64,000 bases of DNA from an uncultured Candidatus Entotheonella sp. (GCA_965217185.1 OZ244252.1:1696001-1760000); one strand, 5' to 3'; positions 19,101-29,505 are shown, numbered from the stretch's first letter. Numbers and translations are program-made. Notes: a model not told the origin generated them from the letters alone.

Positions 19101-19919
19101 ATGCGAGGATTGGGCCGTTCCGCGGACGGCCGCCGCACCCGGCGGCGAGCCTTGGTAACCGGCGCCTCGTCGGGGCTGGGCACGGTGTTTGCCGAGGCGC
19201 TGGCGCGGCGCGGCTTCGACTTGGTGATCGTTGCCCGGCGACGCGAGCGGCTGGAAGCCCTGGCCGACGAATTGCGCGATCGCTACGAGGTAGCCGTGCA
19301 GGTGCTGGTCGCCGATCTCACCCAGGCCGCGGACCTGCAAGCCATCGAGAGCCACGTGGCCAGTGACGCTGCCCTGACGATTCTGGTGAACAATGCCGGC
19401 TTTGGCACCATCGGGCGCTTCGCGGCGCTTGATCCGGACCGTGACGAAGCCGAGGTCCGCCTGAACGTCGTAGCGCTATCCCGCCTCACTCGCGCCGCGC
19501 TGCCGGGCATGATCGCTCGCGGTCTGGGCGGCATCATCAACGTGTCGTCCGTGACAGCGCTGCTGCCCGGCCCCTACCACGCCACCTACGGCGCCACCAA
19601 GGCGTTCGTCAACAGCTTCACGGAGGCCGTGCACGAAGAACTACACGGTACCGGTGTGCGTGTGCAGGCCCTGTGCCCCGGTTTCACGCGCACCGAATTC
19701 CAGGAACGCGCCGGCGTTGCCTCGCGGAACGTCCCGTCTTTCGCCTGGATGACTCCCGAATATGTGGTCGAAGCGTCGCTGACCGGCCTGCGCCGCGGCA
19801 CCCTGGTGTGCGTGCCCGGGCCGATATACCAAGTGCTGACGACGCTGATCGCGGTGTTGCCGCGCTCCCTGGTGCGCCGCCTGAACGGCATCATGTCGCG
19901 CCGGACATTGAACCAATGA
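19101..19919 (+). CDS. Short-chain dehydrogenase/reductase
   Basis: TGASSGLG, NNAGFG, YGATK, CPG. Confidence 0.92.
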   Translation: MRGLGRSADGRRTRRRALVTGASSGLGTVFAEALARRGFDLVIVARRRERLEALADELRDRYEVAVQVLVADLTQAADLQAIESHVASDAALTILVNNAGFGTIGRFAALDPDRDEAEVRLNVVALSRLTRAALPGMIARGLGGIINVSSVTALLPGPYHATYGATKAFVNSFTEAVHEELHGTGVRVQALCPGFTRTEFQERAGVASRNVPSFAWMTPEYVVEASLTGLRRGTLVCVPGPIYQVLTTLIAVLPRSLVRRLNGIMSRRTLNQ

Positions 19920-19966
19920 ACGAACGGATTTGAATCCCACCCCTATCAGGTATGAAGGAACAGCCA

Positions 19967-20377
19967 ATGGATATCGCCAAGGCGCAACAATTTCTGCGCG
20001 ACAACGAATGCGCGGTTCTCGCGACCACACGGCGCAACGGTGAGATTCAGATGTCGCCGGTCACCGTCGGCCTCGATGCAGAGGGGCGGGCGATTATCAG
20101 CAGCCGCGAGACCGCCTATAAGGTCCGCAACCTGCGCCGTCGTCCACAGGCATCGCTGTGCGTTTTCGTCGACGAGTTCACCGGTCCGTGGGTGCAGGTC
20201 AACGGCACCGCCGAAATCGTTTCCCTGCCCGAGGCCATGGAACTGCTGGTGGAATACTATCGGCAAGTCGCCGGCGAGCACCCCGACTGGGATGATTACC
20301 GCCGTGCCATGCAGCGGGACCAGCGCGTGCTCATTCGCATCACCATTGAAAGCGCCGGACCCGATCACAAGGGGTAG
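19967..20377 (+). CDS. PPOX-class putative F420-dependent oxidoreductase
   Basis: VLATTRRNG..QMSPV, KVRNLRRRP, GEHPDWDDYRRAM..DQRV; split beta-barrel family. Confidence 0.85.
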   Translation: MDIAKAQQFLRDNECAVLATTRRNGEIQMSPVTVGLDAEGRAIISSRETAYKVRNLRRRPQASLCVFVDEFTGPWVQVNGTAEIVSLPEAMELLVEYYRQVAGEHPDWDDYRRAMQRDQRVLIRITIESAGPDHKG

Positions 20378-20410
20378 TACGGCGGCCAACCACAAACCCC
20401 GGAGTTTCTG

Positions 20411-22183
20411 ATGGGTCTGGAATCCGCCATCACGCTGGCCGTGATCGGGGTTCTGCTGGGTCTGCTCATTTGCACCCGGCTGTCGCCGCACCTCGTTCTG
20501 CTGGGTGGCCTGACACTCCTCTTCACCCTCGGTATCGTCACCGAGAAAGACGTGCTGGCGGGATTCGCCAATCCCGGCATGGTCACCGTCGCGGTGTTGT
20601 TCGCGGTGGTCGCCGGCCTGCGCGAGACCGCCGCCATGCACTGGCTGGCGGAGCCACTGCTCGGCCGGCCGCACTCGCTCGGCGCCGCGCAGGCGCGCAT
20701 CATGGGGCCGGTAGCGGTGCTCAGCGCCTTCATGAACAATACCCCGCTGGTGGCCGCCATGCTCCCAGTGCTGAACGATTGGGCACGCAAGCAGGGCATT
20801 TCCATCTCCAAGCTCCTCATCCCGCTCTCCTTCGCATCCATCCTCGGCGGTGCCTGCACGCTCATCGGCACCAGCACGATCCTGGTCGTGAACGGCCTCA
20901 TCCTGTCCGAGCTCGGCGCCGACAAAAGCCTCGGCATGTTCGACATCACTGCCGTCACTCTGCCTTGCGCCGTGGTGGGCTTGGTGTTCCTGCTGCTGTT
21001 CAGCAGCCGACTGTTGCCGGATCGCCGGCCGGTCCTCAGCCAGCAAGACGACGTGCGACAGTACACGGTGGAGATGGTGGTGTCGGGTGGCAGCCACTTG
21101 GCGGGCAAGTCGATCGAGGAGGCCGGCCTGCGGCATCTGCCGGGGCTCTATCTGATGGAAATCGAGCGCATGGGGGAGGTTCTGCCGGCGGTGTCGTCCA
21201 ACGTGGTGCTGCGCGAGCAGGACCGGCTGGTGTTCGTGGGGATTGTCGAATCGGTGGTTGACTTGCAGAAAATCCGCGGCCTCGAACCCGCCACCAATCA
21301 GGTCTACAAGATCGATGAACCGCGCCCCAACCGCCGCCTCGTCGAGGCCGTCGTCTCCGACACCTGCCCCATCATCGGCCAAACGATTCGCCGCGGGCAG
21401 TTCCGCAGCCGCTATCACGCCGCCGTCATCGCCGTGGCGCGTAATGGACAGCGCCTCAGCGGCAAGGTCGGCGACATCGTCCTGCAGGCGGGCGATACGC
21501 TGTTGCTGGAAGGCCGCGCCTCGTTTGCCGACCAACAACGCAACAGCCGCGATTTTTACCTGGTCTCGCAAATCGAAAACTCGGCGCCGCCACGGCACGA
21601 AAAAGCACCTCTGGCATTGCTGCTGCTCGGGGTCATGGTTCTGGCGGTCACGTTGACGCCCATGAGTATGCTTAACGCCGCCTTGATTGTCACCGGGCTG
21701 ATGATCGCCACCGGCTGTTGCACCGCGGCAGCGGCCCTACGCAGCGTCGATTGGCAAATGCTGCTCATCATCGCGGCCTCGCTCGGCATCGGGCGCGCCA
21801 TGGAAACGAGCGGCGCGGCCACCTGGATTACGACTGGGCTGCTGTCGATGGCGGGCAGCGAGCCGCGCCTGCTGCTGGCGGTGATTTGCGGCGTCACCAT
21901 GCTGTTTACCAACATTATCAACGCCAAGGCCGCGGCAGTGCTGATGTTCCCCATCGCCGTGCACGCCGCCGGCACCCTGGGAATTGATCCGATGCCATTT
22001 GCCATCGCCATCATGATCGGTTCGGCGGCGAGCTTCGTCACCCCGATTGGCTATCAGACCAACCTGATGGTCTTCGGACCGGGGGGGTACCGCTTCAGCG
22101 ATTACGTCAAACTGGGATTGCCGCTCAGCATTTTGGTGTGGGGCGTTGCGGTGATGCTGATTCCGATGTTCTGGGGATTTTAG
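20411..22183 (+). CDS. SLC13/DASS family permease with TrkA-C domains
   Basis: SAFMNNTP, CTLIGTSTIL, two RCK-C segments, TPIGYQTNLMVFGPGGY. Confidence 0.9.
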   Translation: MGLESAITLAVIGVLLGLLICTRLSPHLVLLGGLTLLFTLGIVTEKDVLAGFANPGMVTVAVLFAVVAGLRETAAMHWLAEPLLGRPHSLGAAQARIMGPVAVLSAFMNNTPLVAAMLPVLNDWARKQGISISKLLIPLSFASILGGACTLIGTSTILVVNGLILSELGADKSLGMFDITAVTLPCAVVGLVFLLLFSSRLLPDRRPVLSQQDDVRQYTVEMVVSGGSHLAGKSIEEAGLRHLPGLYLMEIERMGEVLPAVSSNVVLREQDRLVFVGIVESVVDLQKIRGLEPATNQVYKIDEPRPNRRLVEAVVSDTCPIIGQTIRRGQFRSRYHAAVIAVARNGQRLSGKVGDIVLQAGDTLLLEGRASFADQQRNSRDFYLVSQIENSAPPRHEKAPLALLLLGVMVLAVTLTPMSMLNAALIVTGLMIATGCCTAAAALRSVDWQMLLIIAASLGIGRAMETSGAATWITTGLLSMAGSEPRLLLAVICGVTMLFTNIINAKAAAVLMFPIAVHAAGTLGIDPMPFAIAIMIGSAASFVTPIGYQTNLMVFGPGGYRFSDYVKLGLPLSILVWGVAVMLIPMFWGF

Positions 22184-22195
22184 GCGGGAAAAATC

Positions 22196-22218
22196 GGGCG
22201 GATTGGGGAAACCCGCCC
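22196..22218. terminator. GC hairpin between convergent genes
   Basis: GGGCGG...CCGCCC stem between the SLC13 and LLM stop codons. Confidence 0.4.
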
Positions 22219-22226
22219 GCGCAGCG

Positions 22227-23450
22227 TTACGCCAAGGGCGCCGGTACCGCCCGATCTGCCACCGGTTCCGGCCACCAGTTGTCCTCATACTCGCTCCACA
22301 TGCTCTTCATGTGGGGCATCACTTCTTTGGCGAACAATTCCGTGTTGTAGCGCGTCAATTCCGGCGGCATGCTGCCGAAATGGCACAGCACCATCAGGTG
22401 CCCGACGCGCATGTCGCGCATGGCTTCCGACAGTTGCTGCCGCACAGTCTCCGGGCTACCGCCGATCACGTAGCCCTGCTCCACGAAGTCCTTCCAGGTG
22501 AGATTGTCGCGCGCCTGCGTGGCCGCAGCGCCGAACTGCGGCTTGAAACCCCGCCGCAGCGTCTCCGCGGTGCGATAGCCCGGCGCGTCGGCAAAGCCCT
22601 CGTAGATGTGCAGGCAGCGATTGTAGAAATAATCGGCGTGCTCCGCATACAGTTTCTCGGCCTGCGCGTCCGTATCGGCAACCGCCACAAGCTGCAGAAA
22701 GCCGACCCGGTACGGATTGGGCTCCACGCCGCGTTGATCCACCACTTCCCAGAAGCCGTCCAGCACGTTCTTGCCGCGTTTGTAGCCGAAATAGCTCAGG
22801 TAGCAATAGCAGTAATCGTGTTCCAGGCACCAATCCCACGTCTCGATACTGCCGCCGCCGGGAATCCAGATCGGCGGATGCGGTTTCTGCAGCGGGCGCG
22901 GCCAGATGTTGACGTAGCGCAACTGGGTGTGCTTGCCGTTGAACGGGAACGGCTCGGGGCGCGTCCACGCCTGGATAATCAGGTCGTGCGCTTCACGGTA
23001 TTTGTCGCGTAGAGAGGCGGGCGCCTCGCCGTAGGCAAAATTAGTATCCATCGAACTGCCGACAGGGAAACCAGCCACCAGCCGCCCGCCGCTCATGACG
23101 TCGAGCATGGCGAACTCCTCCGCCACCCGCACCGGCGGGTTGTACAACGCGATGGAGTTGCCCAGCACTACCAAGGCCGCCTTGGAGGTGCGTCGCGTCA
23201 GCGCTGCGGCCATCAGATTCGGCGACGGCATCAGCCCATAGGCGTTGGCGTGGTGCTCGTTCACGCACAGGCCGTCGAACCCCGACTGCTCGGCGAATTC
23301 CAATTCGTCCAAATAGTCGTTATAAACGGTGTGACCTTTTTCCGGGTCAAACAATTCGCTCGGCACGTCGACCCACACGCTGCGGTATTTCTGCTTGAAA
23401 TCGTCCGGCAGATACGGATAGGGCATAAGGTGGAACCAATTCACTTTCAT
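22227..23450 (-). CDS. LLM-class flavin-dependent oxidoreductase (luciferase-like monooxygenase)
   Basis: NEHH, PSPNL, RVAEEFAMLD.MSGGRL, PRPLQKPHPPIW, GSPETV. Confidence 0.92.
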   Translation of the reverse strand: MKVNWFHLMPYPYLPDDFKQKYRSVWVDVPSELFDPEKGHTVYNDYLDELEFAEQSGFDGLCVNEHHANAYGLMPSPNLMAAALTRRTSKAALVVLGNSIALYNPPVRVAEEFAMLDVMSGGRLVAGFPVGSSMDTNFAYGEAPASLRDKYREAHDLIIQAWTRPEPFPFNGKHTQLRYVNIWPRPLQKPHPPIWIPGGGSIETWDWCLEHDYCYCYLSYFGYKRGKNVLDGFWEVVDQRGVEPNPYRVGFLQLVAVADTDAQAEKLYAEHADYFYNRCLHIYEGFADAPGYRTAETLRRGFKPQFGAAATQARDNLTWKDFVEQGYVIGGSPETVRQQLSEAMRDMRVGHLMVLCHFGSMPPELTRYNTELFAKEVMPHMKSMWSEYEDNWWPEPVADRAVPAPLA

Positions 23451-23512
23451 TACGAGCGCCTCCTGTCTGGAAAGCCTGCCACGGTCTTTTCGGGATCGCC
23501 CCGCACCGCGGC

Positions 23513-23542
23513 ATCATACGGCACGGCTTGCGAAGCTGTCAA
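23513..23542 (-). promoter_or_regulatory. sigma70 promoter for the LLM gene
   Basis: TTGACA-18 bp-TATGAT on the minus strand. Confidence 0.55.
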
Positions 23543-23581
23543 AACACCCAAGCCGCTTCGTCCGGTTGAAGGCTCACCCAA

Positions 23582-23610
23582 TTGACACGACCCGGCAACT
23601 TGTGTAAGTT
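23582..23610 (+). promoter_or_regulatory. sigma70 promoter for tRNA-Gly
   Basis: TTGACA-17 bp-TAAGTT, with TG just upstream of the -10 box. Confidence 0.6.
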
Positions 23611-23635
23611 GATCAGCCGCGATACGTCATGCCGA

Positions 23636-23707
<72 letters not shown>

Positions 23708-23746
23708 CCTTCTTTTGCCGTTCCCCGCTTTCCGTTGAGGCCGTGC

Positions 23747-24190
23747 GTGTTCCACCGCTGGTTCCTTTGCCTGACCGTTCCTCTCTTCCTGTTGACCGCC
23801 TGCATTCCCGAACCGCTCGACTTGGCTCTCAAAGGCAAATTGCCCGAGGGCGAGAGCAATACGGTCATCACCGTCTATTGCCAGACGTGCCATATTCACC
23901 GCACCTTCGAGGCGGCGAACCACCCCCCGCGGATGCAAGCCCTCTATGACCGCGAGCCGTACACCGCCGCCACGCAATGCCGCACCTGCCATCTGGTGGG
24001 CGAAAACACCTGGGGCATGAAATCCCGCAAGACCCTCTTCCCCGCCGACGTGGCCGGCCATCGCTTCGCCGCTTCTGAACGAGGTCTTCCCAAACGGGGC
24101 CTTATCAGGAAAATCTCGGAGTTTCTAAGCCCCTCCACCAAGCGCGGCGCTGATGCCTCTGAAGCCGGGCCGCAGGGTGTAAACCAGTAA
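23747..24190 (+). CDS. Small diheme c-type cytochrome lipoprotein
   Basis: GTG with SD GAGG; lipobox LLTAC; CQTCH and CRTCH motifs. Confidence 0.75.
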   Translation: MFHRWFLCLTVPLFLLTACIPEPLDLALKGKLPEGESNTVITVYCQTCHIHRTFEAANHPPRMQALYDREPYTAATQCRTCHLVGENTWGMKSRKTLFPADVAGHRFAASERGLPKRGLIRKISEFLSPSTKRGADASEAGPQGVNQ

Positions 24191-24211
24191 CATCGGGGTG
24201 GGGAGCCCATC

Positions 24212-25951
24212 GTGCTGACACAATGGCAGGTTGCCGACCCCGACCCCGCCACCCAAGACCGGCTGGCCGCCGAGTTGTCCCTCTCTCCCCTGCTCTGCCA
24301 GATTCTCATCAATCGCAGCATCTCCGATGCCACAGCCGCCAGAACGTTTCTTTCCCCATCGCTGCACGACTTGCATGACCCCTACCTGCTGCTCGGTATG
24401 GACACCGCGGTTCGGCGCATCGTTGCCGCCGTGCAGCAAGGCGAGCCGATGGCAGTGTATGGGGACTACGATGTCGATGGGGTCACCGCTACAGCGTTGC
24501 TCATGACGTTCTTCGAGGCGCTGGGACTACGGGTGGTGCCTTACATTCCGGAACGCCAAGGGGAGGGTTACGGACTCAACGCCGACGCCATGCACCAACT
24601 GGCGCAACAAGGCGCGCGGTTGTTGATTACGGTGGATTGCGGCAGCACGGCATTGGCAGAGGTGGCGCTGGCGCGCGAGTTGGGCATCGACACCATCATC
24701 ACGGACCACCATCAACCGCCCGAAACGCTGCCGGCGGCCTTGGCCATTCTGAACCCGCATCAACCGGACTGCGGCTATCCGAACAAGCATTTATGCGGCG
24801 TCGGCCTGGTATTCAAGCTGCTGACGGCGCTGCGGGCGTCCATGCGGCAGGTTGGAATGCTCCGCGAGCGGCTGCCGAACCTCAAACGGCATCTCGATTT
24901 GGTGGCGCTGGGGACCATCGCGGACGTCACTCCGATTCGCGGGGAGAACCGCGTCATCGTGCATTATGGCTTGCAGGAATTGACGCAAACGCTCAAGCCG
25001 GGTTTGCAAGCGCTTCGCCAGGTGAGCAGCCGCCAGGGCAAGGCGGCGAACGTCGGCGAGGTTGGCTTTCAACTGGCGCCGCGGCTCAACGCCAGCGGGC
25101 GGCTGGGATCGGCGTCGCAAAGCCTGGAATTGCTCATGGCCCGTGACCGGGCAGAAGCCGAGCGCTTGGCGGGATTGCTCGACGAAGTGAACCAGCAGCG
25201 CCGCACGCTGCAGCGCAACGTCGAGCAGGCGGTGCACGAGCGAATTGGTCAGCAGTATGGCGGCACACCGCCGGCAGCCATCGTGCTGGGCGATGCGGAT
25301 TGGCATCTGGGGGTGGTGGGCATCGTGGCGGCCCGCATCGCCGAAACCTACCACCGCCCGACGTTTCTGTTACAGATCAACGGCGGCATCGCCAGAGGTT
25401 CGGGACGGAGCATTCCGGCGTTCGACTTGTACAACGGTCTTCAGCACTGCGCCGAATGGCTGCGGCAGTTCGGCGGGCATCGCTACGCCGCGGGCCTGAC
25501 CATGGCCGCCGAGCATCTGCCGGCTCTGCAGGAAGCTTTCATTCGCCATGCCGACGACCGCCTCGGACCGGATGATCTGCAGCCTGTCTTACGCCTGGAA
25601 GCGGTTGTGCCGCTCGCTGACATCACCGAAACACTGGTGAACGACCTAGCGGCCCTGGCGCCGCACGGGTCGGGTAATCCGACGCCGGTGTTTGCGGCCT
25701 ATGGCGTGCATATCGCCTCCCCCATCCGGCGCCTCGGTCAGGAGGGACAACACGCGCGTTTCCGGGTCGAGCAAGCGGGTACCGGCCTGGACGTCATCGC
25801 CTTTCAGCAAGCCGACCGTGTGGCGGAGGCGGCGGCCGATAGCGGCGCGCACGATATCGCCTTCACGCCGACCATCAACACTTGGCGCGACCGCAGCAGC
25901 CTGGAATTACAGCTACGCGACCTGCGGCCCCACGTCCCGAAACCCCATTGA
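24212..25951 (+). CDS. recJ: Single-stranded-DNA exonuclease RecJ
   Basis: GDYDVDG, ITVDCG, TDHH, GTIADV, PRLNASGR, GSGRS, FGGH. Confidence 0.96.
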   Translation: MLTQWQVADPDPATQDRLAAELSLSPLLCQILINRSISDATAARTFLSPSLHDLHDPYLLLGMDTAVRRIVAAVQQGEPMAVYGDYDVDGVTATALLMTFFEALGLRVVPYIPERQGEGYGLNADAMHQLAQQGARLLITVDCGSTALAEVALARELGIDTIITDHHQPPETLPAALAILNPHQPDCGYPNKHLCGVGLVFKLLTALRASMRQVGMLRERLPNLKRHLDLVALGTIADVTPIRGENRVIVHYGLQELTQTLKPGLQALRQVSSRQGKAANVGEVGFQLAPRLNASGRLGSASQSLELLMARDRAEAERLAGLLDEVNQQRRTLQRNVEQAVHERIGQQYGGTPPAAIVLGDADWHLGVVGIVAARIAETYHRPTFLLQINGGIARGSGRSIPAFDLYNGLQHCAEWLRQFGGHRYAAGLTMAAEHLPALQEAFIRHADDRLGPDDLQPVLRLEAVVPLADITETLVNDLAALAPHGSGNPTPVFAAYGVHIASPIRRLGQEGQHARFRVEQAGTGLDVIAFQQADRVAEAAADSGAHDIAFTPTINTWRDRSSLELQLRDLRPHVPKPH

Positions 25952-26041
25952 CACACCCACGGGGATACTCTACTACTTGACGACATTGAATATCCGAAAA
26001 GATCCAGACGATTCGCCACACGACGTAAAGGCCACGCATCC

Positions 26042-27763
26042 GTGTACCTGCCCTTCTTCAATTTGCGCGAGCCACCGTTCAATCTGACCCCCGACCCTCG
26101 CTTTCTGTTCCTCAGCTCACAGCATGAAGAAGCCCTCTCCCACCTGTTGTACGGCATTCACGAGCGCAAAGGGTTCATCGAGATTAGCGGCGAAGTCGGC
26201 ACGGGCAAGACGGTGCTGTGCCGGGCGCTCCTGGAGCAGATCGACGACTCGGTTTCCACGGCGCTGATCTTCAACTCCTATATGACTCAAACGGAACTCC
26301 TGGGGGCCATCAGCCGCGATTTCGGGCTGGCGACCGAGGGCGTCGCCGGTGGCGGCCTAATTGACAGGCTGAACACCTACCTGCTGTCGGAGTTCAGCGC
26401 CGGGCGCAACGCGGTGGTGGTGATCGACGAGGCACAGAACCTGGAGCCAACGGTGCTGGAGCAGTTGCGCATGCTGTCCAATCTGGAGACGGCGCGCGGC
26501 AAGTTGCTACAAATCGTCCTGGTGGGCCAGCCGGAACTGCGCGACAAGCTTTCCCTGCCCGGCATGCGGCAACTGGACCAGCGGATCGCAGTGCGGTTCC
26601 ACATCAACGAGCTGAGCCGCGCGGAAACGGCAAATTACATCATGCACCGCCTGCGGGTGGCGGGAGCCGCAGGGAGCGCAGCAATCGGAAACGGCATCAC
26701 CTTCACGCGGCACGCCCTGACGCTGATTTACCAATACAGCGGCGGGCTGCCGCGTCGCATCAATCTGGTGTGCGACCGGGCGCTGATGAACGCCTTTGTG
26801 CACGAAACGCGGTGCATCAACGGTACCATCGTGCGGCAAAGCGTGCGCGACCTGAACGGCGGACGACAAGCCGTCGGCGTCAGGACGCCGGGCACGCGGC
26901 TGGTGGGGCGGCTGGCGCTGGCCAGTCTGACGGGCTGCGCCCTGCTGGGGCTGGTCACCAGTGTCTGGATGTTGCCTGATGGGCGTGCCGGACTCACCTC
27001 GCCGGCCGCCAAGCCGGTGGCGGCGCGCCGCGAGACAGCCTCTCCGGCGCTTGTGTCCCAGGTGATTGGCGACGGTGCGTCTTCGGTCCCGCCCGATGTG
27101 CCGGAGGCCAAGCCGCAATTGCGCGCCGTGTCCGCCCCGGAACCCGAATCGCTGAATCCACACGACAATGCGGCATTGTCGCAGGCCCTGTGGCGCCTGA
27201 GAAAAGACGCCGAGGCGATACTGCCGACCTTGCAGGACCCGGCGTCGGCGAATTGGGAAAGCCTGCTGAGAAGCGTCGCGGACGAACGGGACGTGATGCC
27301 GTTTCAGCCCCGCTTGGCGCAGTTGCCGCACATTTCGCGGCCGTGTTTCATCGAGGTGCTGCCGCATATGTCGGCGCCGCACGCCGTGCTGTGGGTGCTG
27401 GCGCGTGGGGTGCCGGACGGTGTGCTGATCTACGACGAGTCAGGGGAATTAACGCTGGTAACTCTGTCCGAATTGCGGCAGATGTGGTACGGCGCACTGT
27501 ACCTGACGGTAGAGGCGAACACCTATGAGGGTCTGGCGCTGCGATCGGGCATGCAGAGCGATCAGGTGCGGGCTTTACAGCTAGCGTTGAAGCAGGTCGG
27601 TTATTTTCCTGACGAACCCTCCGGATTGTTCGATACGCAGACGCAGCAGGCCGTCAAGCGATTTCAGCGCGACAATTGGCTGCCCGTCGATGGCAACGCC
27701 GGGCGGCAGACGCTGATTGCGCTGCTGCATTTCGGAGGCAATGCCCTGGAACGCGCGACATAA
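26042..27763 (+). CDS. gspA: ExeA/GspA-type AAA ATPase with C-terminal peptidoglycan-binding domain
   Basis: PFNLTPDPRFL, GEVGTGKT, IDEAQNL, GQPEL, TM segment, C-terminal AVKRFQRDNWLPVDG PG-binding motif. Confidence 0.88.
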   Translation: MYLPFFNLREPPFNLTPDPRFLFLSSQHEEALSHLLYGIHERKGFIEISGEVGTGKTVLCRALLEQIDDSVSTALIFNSYMTQTELLGAISRDFGLATEGVAGGGLIDRLNTYLLSEFSAGRNAVVVIDEAQNLEPTVLEQLRMLSNLETARGKLLQIVLVGQPELRDKLSLPGMRQLDQRIAVRFHINELSRAETANYIMHRLRVAGAAGSAAIGNGITFTRHALTLIYQYSGGLPRRINLVCDRALMNAFVHETRCINGTIVRQSVRDLNGGRQAVGVRTPGTRLVGRLALASLTGCALLGLVTSVWMLPDGRAGLTSPAAKPVAARRETASPALVSQVIGDGASSVPPDVPEAKPQLRAVSAPEPESLNPHDNAALSQALWRLRKDAEAILPTLQDPASANWESLLRSVADERDVMPFQPRLAQLPHISRPCFIEVLPHMSAPHAVLWVLARGVPDGVLIYDESGELTLVTLSELRQMWYGALYLTVEANTYEGLALRSGMQSDQVRALQLALKQVGYFPDEPSGLFDTQTQQAVKRFQRDNWLPVDGNAGRQTLIALLHFGGNALERAT

Positions 27764-27778
27764 CAGCGAGCGCCGCTT

Positions 27779-28585
27779 ATGAGCATCATCAACAAAGCCC
27801 TGAAAAAGGCACAGCGGGAACAGCAACTGGTGCAAGGCGGCACGCCCTGGGTGCTGCCCGCATCGGCGCCGGCCGAGGCGCCCCGGAGGCGCGGCCAAAC
27901 GGTATGGATCGTCGGGGCAGCGCTGTTCGCCCTCAGCCTCGGTGCGACGCTGCACGCCTGGCTTACCAGTCCGACGGCACAGGTCGAAACCGTTTTCGAG
28001 CCCGCCCGATCCGCCACCGCTCCGGCTCCGCAACCGGAGCCAGGGAAGCCAACGAAGGAAGCAGGGATGGGTTTCAGGCCCGCGCGCCAGATCGTCAATG
28101 CCGTTCCCAATAGCCAACTGGACCTGCCAAGGACTGCCAGCGTCGCCCCAGTCCGGCCCGTCCCAATCGCTCTTGCACGGCGCCCCAGCCCGCCGGTCAC
28201 CGCCGCCGACTACATTGCTCGCGGCAATGCCCTCTACCGCCAGGGCAAGTACCAACGAGCCATCGACATGTATCAAGCCGCCTTGGCACTCGACCCGCTC
28301 GACGTCAAAGCCCGCAACAATCTCGGAAGCGCCTTTCTGCAACTCACCCTGGACGACCGCGCCACGGCGGCCTTCCAGGAAGTGTTGCGGCTGGACGACT
28401 CTTACAGCCTGGCCTATTACAACCTGGCCTGCGTGCAGGCGCGCGCCGGCAACGTGGCAAGCGCCGCGGCGTACCTGCTGCAGGCCGTGGCCATCGAGCC
28501 TGAGGCGCGTGAGTGGGCGAGCACGGACGGCGATTTCGCCTCGGTGCGCAACGCGCCGGAATTCCGTCAGCTTCTGGAGCCGTAA
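27779..28585 (+). CDS. ExeB/GspB-like membrane protein with TPR domain
   Basis: N-terminal MSIINKALKKAQ (GspB-type), one TM, Pro-rich linker, TPR repeats. Confidence 0.7.
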   Translation: MSIINKALKKAQREQQLVQGGTPWVLPASAPAEAPRRRGQTVWIVGAALFALSLGATLHAWLTSPTAQVETVFEPARSATAPAPQPEPGKPTKEAGMGFRPARQIVNAVPNSQLDLPRTASVAPVRPVPIALARRPSPPVTAADYIARGNALYRQGKYQRAIDMYQAALALDPLDVKARNNLGSAFLQLTLDDRATAAFQEVLRLDDSYSLAYYNLACVQARAGNVASAAAYLLQAVAIEPEAREWASTDGDFASVRNAPEFRQLLEP

Positions 28586-28587
28586 CG

Positions 28588-29505
28588 ATGCTGAAGCGAT
28601 ACTTCTGGGTCGCCTACCTGCTCCTCGTTACCGCCGCCGCGGTGATGGCTGCGGACATCGCCAAGGGGTACGTCACGATGCGGCTCAGCGCGCCAGCCGT
28701 GCAGCCGCCGGCCCGGGTTTCGAGCAGCGCGGCGCCGGCGGTCCAACGGATGGCGCTGGCCGACTACGCTATCATCTCGGCGCGCAACCTGTTCAACGCC
28801 AACCCGCCATCGGGCGATTCGGCGCCAGCGGCCGAGGTGAAGGCGGTCGAAGAAGCGGTGCAACCCACGCAACTCCGCCTGCGGCTGATCGGCATCGTGG
28901 CTGGGGACTTGCCGCAGCAGCAGTACGCCATTATCGAGGACTTACAACGCAGCGGCGCGCAGGACATTTACCAGGTCGGCGACGTGGTGCAACGTGCGGC
29001 CATAATCGACATTCGTCCTGACTGCGTGTTGCTGGATACGCGCCGACAGCGCGAGAAGCTGTGTTTTGATTACGATAAACACACCGGCGATACAAACGGC
29101 AGACCTGCGCCACACGGCCCGGATGGGCGCGAAGATTCGGCCGCTGCTGTGGACGAGCCGGGGGATGACGACATTGTACGGGTCGATCAAGGCACCTGGC
29201 GCGTCAAGCGGGAATTGATCACGGAACAATTTGCCGACCTCGGCACGTTGTCGCGGCAGGTGCGCGTGACCCCGCACTCGATCCAGGGCAAGCCGAGCGG
29301 CTTTCGCCTGACCCGTCTGCGACCGGGCCTGCTGCAGCGCATCGGCCTGATCAACGGCGACGTGCTGCAGCGGGTCAACGGGCTGGACATCAACTCGCCG
29401 GAAGAAGCCCTGAAGGCGTATCAGGCGGTCCAAAGTGAACCCACCGTGCGACTGGAAATCCTGCGGCGCAACAGCCCGACCACCCTCACCTACGAAATTC
29501 GATAG
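28588..29505 (+). CDS. gspC: T2SS protein C (HR + PDZ)
   Basis: N-terminal TM, LRLIG..YAIIED..YQVGD, PDZ segment GLINGDVLQRVNG. Confidence 0.88.
   Translation: MLKRYFWVAYLLLVTAAAVMAADIAKGYVTMRLSAPAVQPPARVSSSAAPAVQRMALADYAIISARNLFNANPPSGDSAPAAEVKAVEEAVQPTQLRLRLIGIVAGDLPQQQYAIIEDLQRSGAQDIYQVGDVVQRAAIIDIRPDCVLLDTRRQREKLCFDYDKHTGDTNGRPAPHGPDGREDSAAAVDEPGDDDIVRVDQGTWRVKRELITEQFADLGTLSRQVRVTPHSIQGKPSGFRLTRLRPGLLQRIGLINGDVLQRVNGLDINSPEEALKAYQAVQSEPTVRLEILRRNSPTTLTYEIR

Noticed and set aside
19946..21598. Long antisense ORFs (550 aa here; also 40122-41267, 62561-63766, 8208-9221)
   Set aside because: Shadow frames opposite well-supported genes, expected in high-GC DNA; no recognisable motifs.
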